Shown here piece by piece: positions 16,255 through 26,167 of a stretch of DNA of 64,000 nucleotides (the stretch's first letter is position 1; the number at the start of each line of letters is the position of its first letter). The DNA comes from Vicinamibacteria bacterium (lineage in GTDB: Bacteria; Acidobacteriota; Vicinamibacteria; Vicinamibacterales; JAENWD01): positions 65,549-129,548 of the forward strand of contig CAWHFZ010000006.1 of NCBI GenBank assembly GCA_963828745.1. Direction: 5' to 3'. Both the position numbers and the translations under genes were made by a program. The notes beneath the pieces were generated by a model. That model did not search any database and was not told where the DNA came from. It saw nothing but the letters and a program-made list of their open reading frames with translations.

Positions 16255-16565
16255 CAGGAGAGCAGCACGCGCTCGACCTCGACGTCGGGTCGGGGAATGA
16301 CGTGCACGGCGACGAGCTCGCCGACACGACGGGCGGCCGCGGCGCCGGCATCGGTCGCGGCCTTCACCGCGCCGACATCACCACGCACCATGATTGTGAC
16401 GAGACCGCCGCCGATGTATTCCTTGCGCGTCAGCACGACGTTGGCGGTTTTCACCATGGCGTCGGCTGCCTCGATCGAGCCAATGAGGCCTTTGGTCTCG
16501 ACGAGTCCGAGAGCTTCCTGCGACACGTCGAACGCTCCGCGCCGGACTGTACCATATTGCCCCAT
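16254..16565 (-). CDS. Bacterial microcompartment shell protein, BMC-H (PduA/EutM/CcmK family)
   Basis: [61 protein letters not shown]. The start is ATG 16565 or GTG 16526 (90 aa). Confidence 0.85.
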   Translation of the reverse strand: MGQYGTVRRGAFDVSQEALGLVETKGLIGSIEAADAMVKTANVVLTRKEYIGGGLVTIMVRGDVGAVKAATDAGAAAARRVGELVAVHVIPRPDVEVERVLLS

Positions 16566-16596
16566 GAGCGACAACGGAAGTATGCTGACTACTTTC

Positions 16597-17481
16597 ATGT
16601 CACGACAATCTCTCGCTGTATGTCTGGCGATCGGCGCGTCGCTCGCGCTCGTTGCCTGCGGAGGCCGTGAGCCCGATGCCGTGCCCGTGGCGACGCCGAC
16701 GGTCACGTTCAAGAATCCGCGCGTTCCTCTCGGCAGCCCGGTCGAAGTCACTTACAAGTTCCAGGTTGCCGCCAACGCGCCGAAGTTCGACGACGACTAT
16801 CGCATCCTCGTCCATTACCTGGATGCCGACGACGAACTGATGTGGGCGGACGATCACGACCCGTCGATTCCGACGACGCAATGGAAGCCGGGTCAGACGA
16901 TTGAGTACACGAGAACGACGTTCGTGCCGGTCTATCAGTACGTGGGACAGGCGTCCGTGCACATCGGTCTCTACTCGAAGAAGACGCAGAAGCGCGTCGC
17001 GCTTGCCGCCGAGCACGTCGGGCAGCTCGAGTATCGTGCGGCGACGATTCAGCTGCTCCCGACGTCCGAGAACGTCTTCGTGCTCTTCAAGGATGGCTGG
17101 CACCCGAGCGAGACGGCTCCGGACAATTCTGGTGTGGAATGGCAGTGGACGAAGAAAGTCGCGACGCTGGCGTTCCGCAACCCGCGCAAGCCGAGCACGT
17201 TCTATTTGAACGGCGACAACTCGAGCGCGCTGGCGGGGCCGCAGACGATCCAGATCAAGGTCAACGGCCAGCCGGTCGACACCGTGCCGGTCAGCCCGCA
17301 GAAGGAGTTTCTGCACAAGACGCCGCTCACGACCGAGCAGCTCGGAACCGGCGACATGGTCGAAGTGACGCTCGACGTCGACAAGACCTTTGTGCCCGCG
17401 CTGAACCCGTCCGCGAACAACCGGGACGCGCGAGAGCTCGGCGTCCGCATCTTCCACGCGTTCGTCGAACCGCAAATGTAG
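16597..17481 (+). CDS. Lipoprotein of unknown function
   Basis: C-terminal part of ORF 15037-17481. Signal plus lipobox [23 protein letters not shown]. Alternative starts at 16564 and 16582. No family recognised. Confidence 0.6.
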   Translation: MSRQSLAVCLAIGASLALVACGGREPDAVPVATPTVTFKNPRVPLGSPVEVTYKFQVAANAPKFDDDYRILVHYLDADDELMWADDHDPSIPTTQWKPGQTIEYTRTTFVPVYQYVGQASVHIGLYSKKTQKRVALAAEHVGQLEYRAATIQLLPTSENVFVLFKDGWHPSETAPDNSGVEWQWTKKVATLAFRNPRKPSTFYLNGDNSSALAGPQTIQIKVNGQPVDTVPVSPQKEFLHKTPLTTEQLGTGDMVEVTLDVDKTFVPALNPSANNRDARELGVRIFHAFVEPQM

Positions 17482-17505
17482 GGTGGGGCTTCACGCCCGC
17501 CCTCC
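17478..17505. repeat. REP-like palindrome variant
   Basis: GTAGGGTGGGGCTTCACGCCCGCCCTCC overlaps the lipoprotein stop codon. Confidence 0.6.
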
Positions 17506-17562
17506 ATGCGACCTTGGTCGTCCAAACTCTGGGCGCGTCGTCGCAGACGCGCCCCGATCTGT

Positions 17563-17571
17563 TGCTATAAT
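17563..17571 (+). promoter_or_regulatory. Candidate extended -10 promoter element (TGCTATAAT) upstream of the T2SS/T4P-like operon
   Basis: A perfect TATAAT at 17566-17571 preceded by TGc, 55 nt upstream of the gspF-like ATG. No convincing -35. Confidence 0.35.
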
Positions 17572-17625
17572 CCCGCGAAGCCGTGGCGAATGTGCCGCTA
17601 ATGTCCTGTCCGGCAAGCGCTTGCG

Positions 17626-18834
17626 ATGGAATTTCGCTGTAGGCTGGGAACGCCGGCCGGCGAGCTCGTTGACGGCGTTTACGCCGCCGAAAGCGAGGCG
17701 CAGCTCCGGCGCGAGTTCGAGGAAAAGGGGCTGCTTCTCCTGTCCGTGCGGCCCGCCGGCGTCCTGGCGACGCTGGTCCCCAGCCTGGTCAGCCGTCGGC
17801 GCGTCCGGACGCGCGATTTCCTCGAATTCTGCCAGGAGCTGGCGACGCTGTTGAAGGCCGGCATGCCCCTGGTGCAGTCGCTCGATCTGCTGCGCCGAGA
17901 CGTCGCCGATCCGGCGTTCAAGCCGATCATCAACAACGTCTACGAGCGTGTAAAAGCCGGTGCGCAGCTTTCGGACGCCTTCGACGAGCACGGCGAGCTC
18001 GTGCCCCGGATGTTCACCGCGTCGCTCATCGCGGGCGAGCGCAGCGGCAATCTCGAGACGGTTATCCGCCGATACGTAGCGTATGCACGGCTGATCGGGG
18101 CCGTCCGGCGGCGGACCCTGAGCGCCCTGCTATATCCGGCTGTGCTGTTGTGCCTGGCTGCGGTGGTCGTCGCGGTCATCGTTCTGTGGCTTGTGCCCGA
18201 GTTTTCGCGGTTCTACGACAGCTTTGGCGCGGAGCTGCCGCTGATGACGCGGATCATCCTGGCCCTGGCCAACGGCGTGCAGACGTACCTGCCGTTCATC
18301 GCGGTCGGCATCGTGAGCCTGGGGATCATTGGCTGGACGGCCTTGAAGCGTCCGGCAGAACGGCGACGGCTCGATCACGTGCTGCTTGGCCTGCCGATGA
18401 TCGGCGCCATCGCCCGGAAGTTCGCAACGTCGCAGATGGCGCGAACGCTGGCGACGCTCCTCGGCGGCGGCATCCCGCTGGTCCAGGCGCTCGACGTGGC
18501 CTCGCGATCCGTGAGCAATCGCTACGTGGCCGGCGAGCTCCAACACATTGCCGAGCGGGTACGCGAAGGACAGGGGCTGTCGGCAACGATGCGCGACCAT
18601 GGCGTTTTTCCGGACGTCGCCGTCAAGATGACGGAAGTCGGTGAGTCGACGGGATCGCTGCAGGACATGCTGAACAGCCTCGCGGATTTTTATGACGAGG
18701 ATCTGGAAACGAGTCTCGAGCGGTTCGTCACGCTCGTCGAACCGCTGCTGCTCATCTTGCTCGGTATTGTCATCGCGGGACTGCTCCTCGCGCTCTACTT
18801 GCCGCTGTTCCAGCTCTCGTCCGTGGTGAAGTGA
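17626..18834 (+). CDS. Type II secretion / type IV pilus platform protein (GspF/PilC family)
   Basis: 402 aa with two GspF-type repeats and 3 TM segments. Confidence 0.9.
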   Translation: MEFRCRLGTPAGELVDGVYAAESEAQLRREFEEKGLLLLSVRPAGVLATLVPSLVSRRRVRTRDFLEFCQELATLLKAGMPLVQSLDLLRRDVADPAFKPIINNVYERVKAGAQLSDAFDEHGELVPRMFTASLIAGERSGNLETVIRRYVAYARLIGAVRRRTLSALLYPAVLLCLAAVVVAVIVLWLVPEFSRFYDSFGAELPLMTRIILALANGVQTYLPFIAVGIVSLGIIGWTALKRPAERRRLDHVLLGLPMIGAIARKFATSQMARTLATLLGGGIPLVQALDVASRSVSNRYVAGELQHIAERVREGQGLSATMRDHGVFPDVAVKMTEVGESTGSLQDMLNSLADFYDEDLETSLERFVTLVEPLLLILLGIVIAGLLLALYLPLFQLSSVVK

Positions 18835-20489
18835 TGGATGCAAAACCGACGGACGATACCGTCCACCTGCTGAACGGCGATCTCCACGAAGACGCGCCGG
18901 CCGATCACGCCGCCGATTCGGCGGTCGCGCGCCGGCTCGCCGAGCGCTACCGGCTCGAGTTCGTGGACATGGATCAGTTCCGCATCGACGGCGAGCTGTT
19001 CCGATCGATTCCCGCCGACTTGATGCTGCGCTACGGCTTCGTGCCGTGGCGCCGTGAAGGTCGCGCGCTCGTGATCGTCGTCTCGGATCCGACCGACCTG
19101 CCGATGATCGACGAGTTGTCGGCGCTCCTCGGCACGCCATTGAAGGTGACCGTCGGCGCCGGCGCGGCTATCCAGGCGATCCTCAAGAAAAGCGAGAGCT
19201 CGCAGCGTGTCCTCGATCAGGCGACCGAAGGCTTTGAAATCCAGCTGCTCAAGGACGACGAGGCGGGCGACGACAGTCTGACCGTCGAGCGGCTGACGAG
19301 CGACATCAGCCCGGTCATCCGCCTCGTCGACTCGACGATCTTCCGCGCCCTCCAGAGCCGCGCCAGCGATATTCACATCGAGACCCAGGACGACGCGGTG
19401 CACGTGAAATACCGGATCGACGGCGTGCTGCAGCCGGCGATGCGGCCGATCGCCAAGCAGTTCCACTCGGCGATCATCTCGCGCATCAAGGTCATGGCGG
19501 AGCTCGACATCGCCGAGAAGCGCGTGCCGCAGGACGGCCGCTTCAAGCTCCGTGTTCCCGGAAAGACGATCGACTTCCGCGTCTCGATCATGCCGAGCGT
19601 GCACGGCGAGGATGCCGTCGTGCGTATCCTCGACAAGGAATCGATCAGCGAGCAATTCACCGAGCTGCGGCTCGATATTCTCGGCTTCCCCGAGCAGGAG
19701 CTCCGACGGTTCCGCAAGTACATCACCGAGCCGTACGGCATGGTGCTGGTGACCGGACCGACGGGCAGCGGCAAGACGACGACGCTCTACGCGGCGCTCT
19801 CGGAGATCAAATCGATCGAGGACAAGATCGTCACGATCGAGGATCCGGTCGAGTATCAGCTGCGCGGCATCACGCAGATTCCCATCAACGAGAAAAAGGG
19901 GCTGACGTTCGCGCGCGGCCTTCGATCGATCCTCCGCCACGATCCCGACAAAATCATGGTCGGCGAGATCCGCGATCCCGAGACGGCGCAGATCGCCATT
20001 CAGTCGGCGTTGACGGGGCACCTCGTGTTCACGACCGTGCACGCCAACAACGTCGTGGACGTGCTCGGCCGGTTCCTCAACATGGGCGTCGAGCCCTATC
20101 AGTTCATCTCGGCGCTGAACTGTGTGCTGGCGCAGCGGTTGGTACGACTGATCTGCTCGCACTGCAAGCGGCCGTCGACACAGGTCACGGCAGAGATGCT
20201 CGAAGAGTCGGGGCTGGAGCCGGGACTGCTGACGCGCGGCGTGTTCTACGAGGGTGAGGGCTGCCTCGAGTGCGGAGGCACGGGATACAAGGGGCGCACG
20301 GCGATCTGCGAACTGCTCGATCTGTCCGATCGCATTCGCGACCTGATTCTCGATCGCCGGCCGACCTCCGAAATCAAGAAGGCGGCGCGGGACGAGGGCA
20401 TGCGGTTCCTGCGCGACTCCGCCGTGGAGCAAGTGCTGCTCGGCCGAACGACGTTGCGTGAGATCAACAAGGTGACGTTCGTCGAATGA
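18831..20489 (+). CDS. GspE/PilB family secretion ATPase
   Basis: Walker A TGPTGSGKTTTLYAAL, Asp/His boxes, and the tetracysteine CSHCKR..CLECGGTG. ATGA overlap with the upstream gene. Confidence 0.9.
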   Translation: MMDAKPTDDTVHLLNGDLHEDAPADHAADSAVARRLAERYRLEFVDMDQFRIDGELFRSIPADLMLRYGFVPWRREGRALVIVVSDPTDLPMIDELSALLGTPLKVTVGAGAAIQAILKKSESSQRVLDQATEGFEIQLLKDDEAGDDSLTVERLTSDISPVIRLVDSTIFRALQSRASDIHIETQDDAVHVKYRIDGVLQPAMRPIAKQFHSAIISRIKVMAELDIAEKRVPQDGRFKLRVPGKTIDFRVSIMPSVHGEDAVVRILDKESISEQFTELRLDILGFPEQELRRFRKYITEPYGMVLVTGPTGSGKTTTLYAALSEIKSIEDKIVTIEDPVEYQLRGITQIPINEKKGLTFARGLRSILRHDPDKIMVGEIRDPETAQIAIQSALTGHLVFTTVHANNVVDVLGRFLNMGVEPYQFISALNCVLAQRLVRLICSHCKRPSTQVTAEMLEESGLEPGLLTRGVFYEGEGCLECGGTGYKGRTAICELLDLSDRIRDLILDRRPTSEIKKAARDEGMRFLRDSAVEQVLLGRTTLREINKVTFVE

Positions 20490-21440
20490 GCCTCCTGTCG
20501 CAGCTCTTCACGCCGCCTCGCCCGGTCGTCGCCGTGGATATCACCTCCACGCGGGTGGCAGCCATACGTCTCGGCGGCGGCCGCCCGGCGCCGATTGTCG
20601 CGCACGCCTCGGAACTGCTGCCGCCAGGCGTCGTTGTCCCCGCGCTCGCCGCTCCCAATATCGTCGAGCCGGCGCCGGTCGCGGCGGCCGTGGCGCGAGC
20701 GCTCGACGCGGTCGGAAGATCGCGTCATGTGGCGCTCGTGTTGCCCGATTCCGCCGCCAAGGTCTCGCTGGTCCGGTTCGAGCAGTCGCCGCCCCGCGGC
20801 CGCGATCTCGAGGCCATGCTGCGGTGGCAGGTGCGGAAGAGCGTGCCGTTCCGGGTGGAGGATGCGCAGATCACGTGGGCCGAAGGCCAGACGCTCGAGG
20901 GGGGTGGGCGCGAGTTCCTGGTCGCATTGTCGCGCCGTGACGTGATCGCACAGTACGAGGCGGCGTTGACCGCGGCAGGCGCGCATGCCGGCCTGGTCGA
21001 TCTGGCGAGCTTCAATCTGGTGAACTTGCTGCTCGCCGGCGGCGACGAGCAGCTCGATGCGCTGCTCGTGCATCTGGCACCCGACTTCGTGACGTTGATC
21101 ATCGTGCGCGCGGGGCGAGTGATCTTCTATCGCCACCGCGGGAGCGAAGGTGGAGAGAGTCTGGCCGATCTCGTCCACCAGACCGCGATGTACTACGAAG
21201 ACCGGCTGTCGGGCCGCGGCTTCGGCCGCGTCGTTCTTGCCGGCGCGACACAGGGGCCCGCCGGAGTTGCGGGCGCGGACGGGGCGCGACATGCGCTCGA
21301 GGATCGGCTGCGCGTGCGCTGTCGAGGCGGCGGCGTTCAGCGATCTGGCGACCCTCAGCGATCGGTCGCCTGGATCGTCGCAGCTGCTGGACGATTTGGC
21401 CCCGATGGTCGGCATCCTGGCAAGGGATTCCGCCGCATGA
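20486..21440 (+). pseudogene. pilM: PilM-like actin-fold pilus assembly protein, with one apparent +1 frameshift at ~21320
   Basis: The body lies in ORF 20486-22021. The true C-terminus ..VEAAAFSDLATLSDRSPGSSQLLDDLAPMVGILARDSAA lies in ORF 21150-21440. The extra t at 21320 makes the first frame run on into pilN. Confidence 0.7.
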
Positions 21441-22021
21441 CGCTGCGCACGAATCTATCCACGCGGCCGTTTTACAACGAGCGGGCGGTTCAGGCGGTCC
21501 TCGGTCTCGCCGCTATCGTCATCGTGGTGATCACGATTTTCAACATGACCCGGCTGTGGTCCCTGAGCGGGCGCGATCGCCGCCTGGTGGCAGAGGCGCA
21601 GGCGGCGGAGGCCCGGACCGACGCGCTCCGAGCTGCCGTGGCGCGGGCCCGTTCGAGCGTAGATGCGGGGCACATCGCCGAAATTGCTGCCGAGGCGCGG
21701 GAGGCCAATCACGCGATCGATCGGCGTGCGTTCTCGTGGACCGGGCTGTTCAACGAGCTCGAGACCGCGCTGCCGCACGACGTGCGTATCGCCGGCGTCA
21801 TCCCTCACGTCGACAAGGCGGGCCAGTTGATTGTCGTCATCGACGTCGAGTCGCGCAGCGTCGAGGCGATCAGCCGGTTCTTCGACGGGCTCGAGGAGAG
21901 CGGCGCGTTTCACAACCTGTTGTCGAAGCAGGAGCGCGAGACGCCCGAGCACATGATTGCCGCAACGCTCGAAGGCGTCTACACACCGCCTGGTGCGCGA
22001 ACGGAGCCGGTCACGCCATGA
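21437..22021 (+). CDS. pilN: PilN-like pilus assembly protein
   Basis: MTLRTNLSTRPFYNERAV followed by a TM segment and a coiled coil. ATGA overlap with the pilM stop. Confidence 0.65.
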   Translation: MTLRTNLSTRPFYNERAVQAVLGLAAIVIVVITIFNMTRLWSLSGRDRRLVAEAQAAEARTDALRAAVARARSSVDAGHIAEIAAEAREANHAIDRRAFSWTGLFNELETALPHDVRIAGVIPHVDKAGQLIVVIDVESRSVEAISRFFDGLEESGAFHNLLSKQERETPEHMIAATLEGVYTPPGARTEPVTP

Positions 22022-22605
22022 CGTCCACGAGCGAGCTGGTGCAGCGGATTCTCACCGAGCGGCGCGGCGTGATCGTACCGCTGGCGCTCGTCGCGCTGGT
22101 CAACCTCGGATTCTACGCACTGGCCGTCTATCCGCTGAGCCTGAAAGTCTCCGCCAGCGAGAATCGGGCGGTGGCGGCACGCACCCAGCTGGCGGTCGCG
22201 GACCGCGAAGACAAGGACGTGCGCGCGACGCTGCGTCTGACCGAACAGGCGAGCAAAGATCTCAGCCGCTTCTACCAGGACATCCTGCCCGCAGATCTCA
22301 CGGTCGCGCGCCGGCAAACGTACGAGCATCTGGCGGCGCTGGCGCGGGAGCACAACCTGGCGATTCCGCGGCGCGGCTATCGTGTGGACGAGGGCTACAA
22401 AGGGCGCCTCGAACGTCTGAACATCGCGATGGAGCTGACCGGCGACTACGCGGACATGCGCGATTTCATCTACGATCTGGAGAATTCGCCCGAGTTCGTC
22501 GCCATCGAAGGCATCGCGCTGGCCGAAGACGCCCAGAAAGAGGACGTGTTGACCCTGAGCCTCAGTCTGAGCACGTATTATCGCGGCGGCGAACGTGGCA
22601 ACTAA
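22018..22605 (+). CDS. pilO: PilO-like pilus assembly protein
   Basis: TM segment, coiled coil and ferredoxin-like C-terminus. ATGA overlap with pilN. Confidence 0.55.
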   Translation: MTSTSELVQRILTERRGVIVPLALVALVNLGFYALAVYPLSLKVSASENRAVAARTQLAVADREDKDVRATLRLTEQASKDLSRFYQDILPADLTVARRQTYEHLAALAREHNLAIPRRGYRVDEGYKGRLERLNIAMELTGDYADMRDFIYDLENSPEFVAIEGIALAEDAQKEDVLTLSLSLSTYYRGGERGN

Positions 22606-23155
22606 TACGCGCCGGCAGGCCGTCCTGCTCGGCGTGCTGGTGGCGGTGCTCCTCGTCGTGGCCTGGTGGAACTTCATCGTGCCGGCAGCGCCGCTGGCGC
22701 CGCCGATTGCCGGGAGCGCGCCGCGCGGACCAGCCGGCGCGGTGCGCGCACCGGCGAGTGTTCCCGGACAGGTCGAGCCGCTGCATCTCGCCCGTCTGAC
22801 GACGGAGAAGCCGGAGCCCGAAGGCGGCGAGCGTGATCCCTTCCGGTTCGGTGAGCGCCCGGCAGCACCGCCGCAGGCACAAGTGGAGCAGCCGGCGATG
22901 GCGGCCGCCCCCCAGCCGCAGGCGCCGACGGGTCCGCCGCCGCCACCGCCAATCACGCTGAAGTTCATCGGGCTCGTGGATACGTCCGATCAGCGGAAGA
23001 TTGCCGTGCTCAGCGACGGCCAGAATGTGTTCTACGGGCGGGAAGGGGAAGTCGTCGAAGGACGTTACCGCATCGAGCGCATCAGTGCCGAGTCGATCGA
23101 AATGGCCTGGGCCGATGGCACGGGCCGTCAGGTGATTCGCCTTTCAGGTTCGTAA
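22595..23155 (+). CDS. PilP-like protein (single TM, proline-rich linker, small beta domain)
   Basis: 186 aa. The call rests on position between pilO and the secretin plus the overall architecture. Confidence 0.4.
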   Translation: MATNTRRQAVLLGVLVAVLLVVAWWNFIVPAAPLAPPIAGSAPRGPAGAVRAPASVPGQVEPLHLARLTTEKPEPEGGERDPFRFGERPAAPPQAQVEQPAMAAAPQPQAPTGPPPPPPITLKFIGLVDTSDQRKIAVLSDGQNVFYGREGEVVEGRYRIERISAESIEMAWADGTGRQVIRLSGS

Positions 23156-23171
23156 TCGGAGACGCGGATTC

Positions 23172-25616
23172 GTGACCAGAACCTTCCTCCGGCTTGCCGC
23201 GCTCGCGTTGCTCGCCGCGGCCCTCAGCGGCTGCGCGGCGGCGGTCTCCTACCGCAAGGGTTTCGACGCCGGCGAAGCGCAACGACTGGGACGCGGCGGT
23301 CGCGCACTACCGGGAGGCCGTCCAGGAAGATCCCGACAGGCCCGAGTACCGGATCGCGCTCGAGCGCGCGATGCTCGAAGCGGCGCTGGTCCATGCGTCG
23401 GCGGGAAAAGACTTCGAGGCCAAAGGCGAAATCGACGCGGCGCTGCGCGAGTACAAGCGCGCCAGCGAATACGATCCGACGAACCGACAGCTGGCGGCGA
23501 GAGCGGCGGCGCTCGATCTGCGGATCCGGGAAGCGATTGAAGCGAGCCGCCCGCGTCCGCCGATCGACGAGATGCGCGAGCGGGCGCGGCGGATGACACC
23601 GGAGCCGGCCTTGAACCCCGCGTCACGCGAGCCGCTCGACCTGCAGTTCGCCGGCAGCGTCCGCGACCTGCTGAAATTCATCGCCGATTCCACTGGCATC
23701 AACATCACCTTCACCAGCGATTTCCGCGACCCGGCGCAGTACTCGGTAAAGCTGACCGGGGTCACGCTCGAGGAAGCACTCCAGCAGATCCTCTCGGCCA
23801 ACGCGCTCTTCTACAAGGTGATCAACGACCGCACCGTGCTGGTGATTCCCGACACCGCGCAGAACCGGGCGCGATACGAAGAACAGGTCATTCGCACGTT
23901 CTACCTGTCACACGCCGATCCGACGGAGCTCGTCCAGCTCCTCAACACGATCATGCGCGTGCCCGGCGTGCCGCTGGTACCGGCCTTCGTGCCGAACAAG
24001 ACGCAGAACTCGGTCACCATCCGGGCCTCGGCGCCGCTGGTCGCGATCGCGGAGCGGCTGATTCAGGCCAACGATCGGCCGCGCGCCGAGATTCTGCTCG
24101 ACGTTCAGATCCTCGAGGTCAACCGGACGCGCGCCAAGCAGTTCGGCCTCGACCTCGGGGATTACAGCATCACCGGCATCTTCTCGCCAGAGGTGAGGCC
24201 GACGACCTCAACGGCCAACGGCGGTTCGGTGACCAACGTCCCACCCTTCAACCTGAACTCCATCTCGCGCGGGATCAGCGCCGCCGATTTCTACGCGACG
24301 GTGCCGACTGCAATCATCAGGTTCCTCGAGACGGATTCGCAGACGAAGCTGATGGCAAAGCCGCAGCTGCGGGGTCAGGAAGGGCAGAAGATCACGCTCA
24401 ACCTCGGTGACGACTTTCCGGTGCCCGAGCACGACATTCGGATCGCTTGGCGGCGCCGGCAGCGTCGCGACGCAGCCGATCTCGTCGTTCAACTATCGGC
24501 CCGGTCGGTATCATCGTCAATGTGACGCCACGCGTGACGTTCGATGGCGACGTGATTCTCGAGCTGACCGTCGAGAGCAGCACGCTCGGGCAGGACGTGA
24601 ACATCGCCGGACAGAACCTGCCGTCGTTCGGCTCGAGAAAAGTCGAGACCAAGATCCGGCTGCGCGATGGCGAGTCGACGCTTCTCGCCGGATTGCTGCG
24701 CGAGGACGAGCGGCGGACGTCTCACGGGCTTCCCCGGTCTGATGCACCTGCCGGTGTTCAAGCAGCTCTTCACCTCGAACGACCTCTCGAAGGGGCAGAC
24801 CGATATCGTCATGCTGTTGACGCCTCGCGATCGTGCGTGGCCATGAGCTGACGCAGCAGGACGTCAATCCGGTCTACATCGGCTCGCAGCAGCATCTCGG
24901 ACTGAGCGGTCCGCCGCCGCTGATCGCGCCGCCGGCGAGCGAAACGCCGGCGACCGCGCCGCCAGGGTCCGCGCCGGCTCCTGCGCCCCAGGGTGGAATA
25001 TCGGGCCAGCCGACGCCGGCGCCCGCGAGTGGCACGATGCCTTCTCCCGGGATCGTGCCGCCACCGCCTGCCGTCCCCAGGCGTCCCGCCACCACCACCG
25101 CCAAATACTCCGCCGCAGGGCGCCGTCGAGACGCAGCCACCGCCGCCAGCGGCTGCCGCCGACGCGGCAGCGCCCATGACTCAGGCGGCGCCGGCGTCCA
25201 ACGCCCTGCAGCTCGCGTTGACGCCGCCGGGCACCGAATTCCGCATGGGTGGCGGGCCATACACCGTGCCGATTTCGGTGAGCAACGCGCCGCGCACGTC
25301 CACGATCACGGTGACGCTGACTTTCAATCCGGCGGTGGTCAAAGTGCGCTCGGTCCAGGAAGGCAGTTTCATGCGGCAGGGCGGCGTCTCGGCGCAGTTC
25401 ACGGAGCAGGTGGACCCGTCCGCCGGCCGCGTCGATGTGACGATTGTGCGCGACGCGGACGTCGTCGGCGCGTCCGGCAGCGGTTTGCTGGCGGCCGTGC
25501 TCTTCGATCCCGTCGCCCCAGGGGCGACCAATATCGCAGTGTCCGGTTCTGCCGCTGGCCCGGGCGCCGCGGCACTGACGGTGCAGGCGTCACCGGCCAG
25601 CGTGACAGTAAAGTAG
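23172..25616 (+). pseudogene. Secretin (GspD/PilQ family) with an N-terminal lipoprotein-TPR segment and a C-terminal cohesin-like domain. Six apparent +1 frameshifts.
   Basis: Joined pieces: the LSGC lipobox (ORF 23172), TPR plus N domains plus secretin core (ORF 23194-24525), STTFGSLGGAGSVATQPISSFNYRP (ORF 24407), VGIIVNVTPRVTFDGDV..LLREDERR (ORF 24447), TGFPGLMHLPVFKQLF..MLLTPR, IVRGHELTQQDV.. (ORF 24833), and the Pro-rich linker plus beta domain (ORF 24993-25616). Breaks are at ~23277, 24425, 24501, 24730, 24829 and 25077. Confidence 0.8.
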
Positions 25617-25678
25617 AGGGTGCAGCGGTGCCGCCGTCGCGGCAGGGCGGCGGTGCTCGTCACCCGTGAAGTAGTTTC

Positions 25679-26158
25679 ATGAAGCTGATGAGAACCCGCG
25701 AGTCGGGTTTCACGTTCGTCGAACTGCTCGTCGTCACCGCACTCGTCGGCATCCTGGCGATGGTCATCATGCCGCTCGCGAAGGTGACGATGCAGCGGCA
25801 GCGGGAAATCGAGCTGCGTCGCGCGCTCAGGGAGCTGAGGACCGCCATCGATCACTACAAGGACGCTGCCGATCAGGGGAAAATTCCGGCAACGTCGATT
25901 CGGTCCGGCAGTGAAGGCTACCCGCCGGACCTCGAGACGCTGGTCGTCGGCGTCCGGTCGGGCGAAGGCGCGACGGAAAAGCGGCTGAAGTTCCTGCGGC
26001 GGATTCCCCTCGATCCGATCGCGCGCTCCAAGGAGTGGGGATTGCGCGCCTACGAGGACAGGCCTGACTCCAAGTCGTGGGGAGGTCAGGACGTCTACGA
26101 CGTTTACAGCAAGAGCGACGGCGTCGCTCTCGACGGCACGAAGTACTCCGACTGGTAA
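25679..26158 (+). CDS. GspG-like pseudopilin (prepilin-type N-terminal methylation motif)
   Basis: SGFTFVELLVVTALVGILA and YPPDLETLV..LRRIPLDP. Confidence 0.8.
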   Translation: MKLMRTRESGFTFVELLVVTALVGILAMVIMPLAKVTMQRQREIELRRALRELRTAIDHYKDAADQGKIPATSIRSGSEGYPPDLETLVVGVRSGEGATEKRLKFLRRIPLDPIARSKEWGLRAYEDRPDSKSWGGQDVYDVYSKSDGVALDGTKYSDW

Positions 26159-26167
26159 ACGGCTGAC

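Noticed and set aside
15037-16560. N-terminal 500 aa of the 814-aa plus-strand ORF 15037-17481
   Set aside because: This part is antisense to the aldehyde dehydrogenase and BMC-H genes. Only the part after the lipoprotein signal (from 16597) looks like a real protein.
14500-16565. Calling this a complete, functional microcompartment locus
   Set aside because: Only one hexamer-type shell gene and one enzyme are present. No pentamer or cofactor-recycling enzymes occur in the window, so organelle formation cannot be claimed from this sequence alone.
18795-20432. 545-aa minus-strand ORF opposite the GspE-like ATPase (and ORF 18130-19140)
   Set aside because: These are shadow ORFs opposite conserved genes, with no motifs.
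20486-22021. 511-aa ORF suggesting a PilM-PilN fusion protein
   Set aside because: The true PilM C-terminus and stop lie in the +1 frame (ORF 21150-21440), with an ATGA overlap onto pilN. The apparent fusion is produced by the extra base at ~21320.
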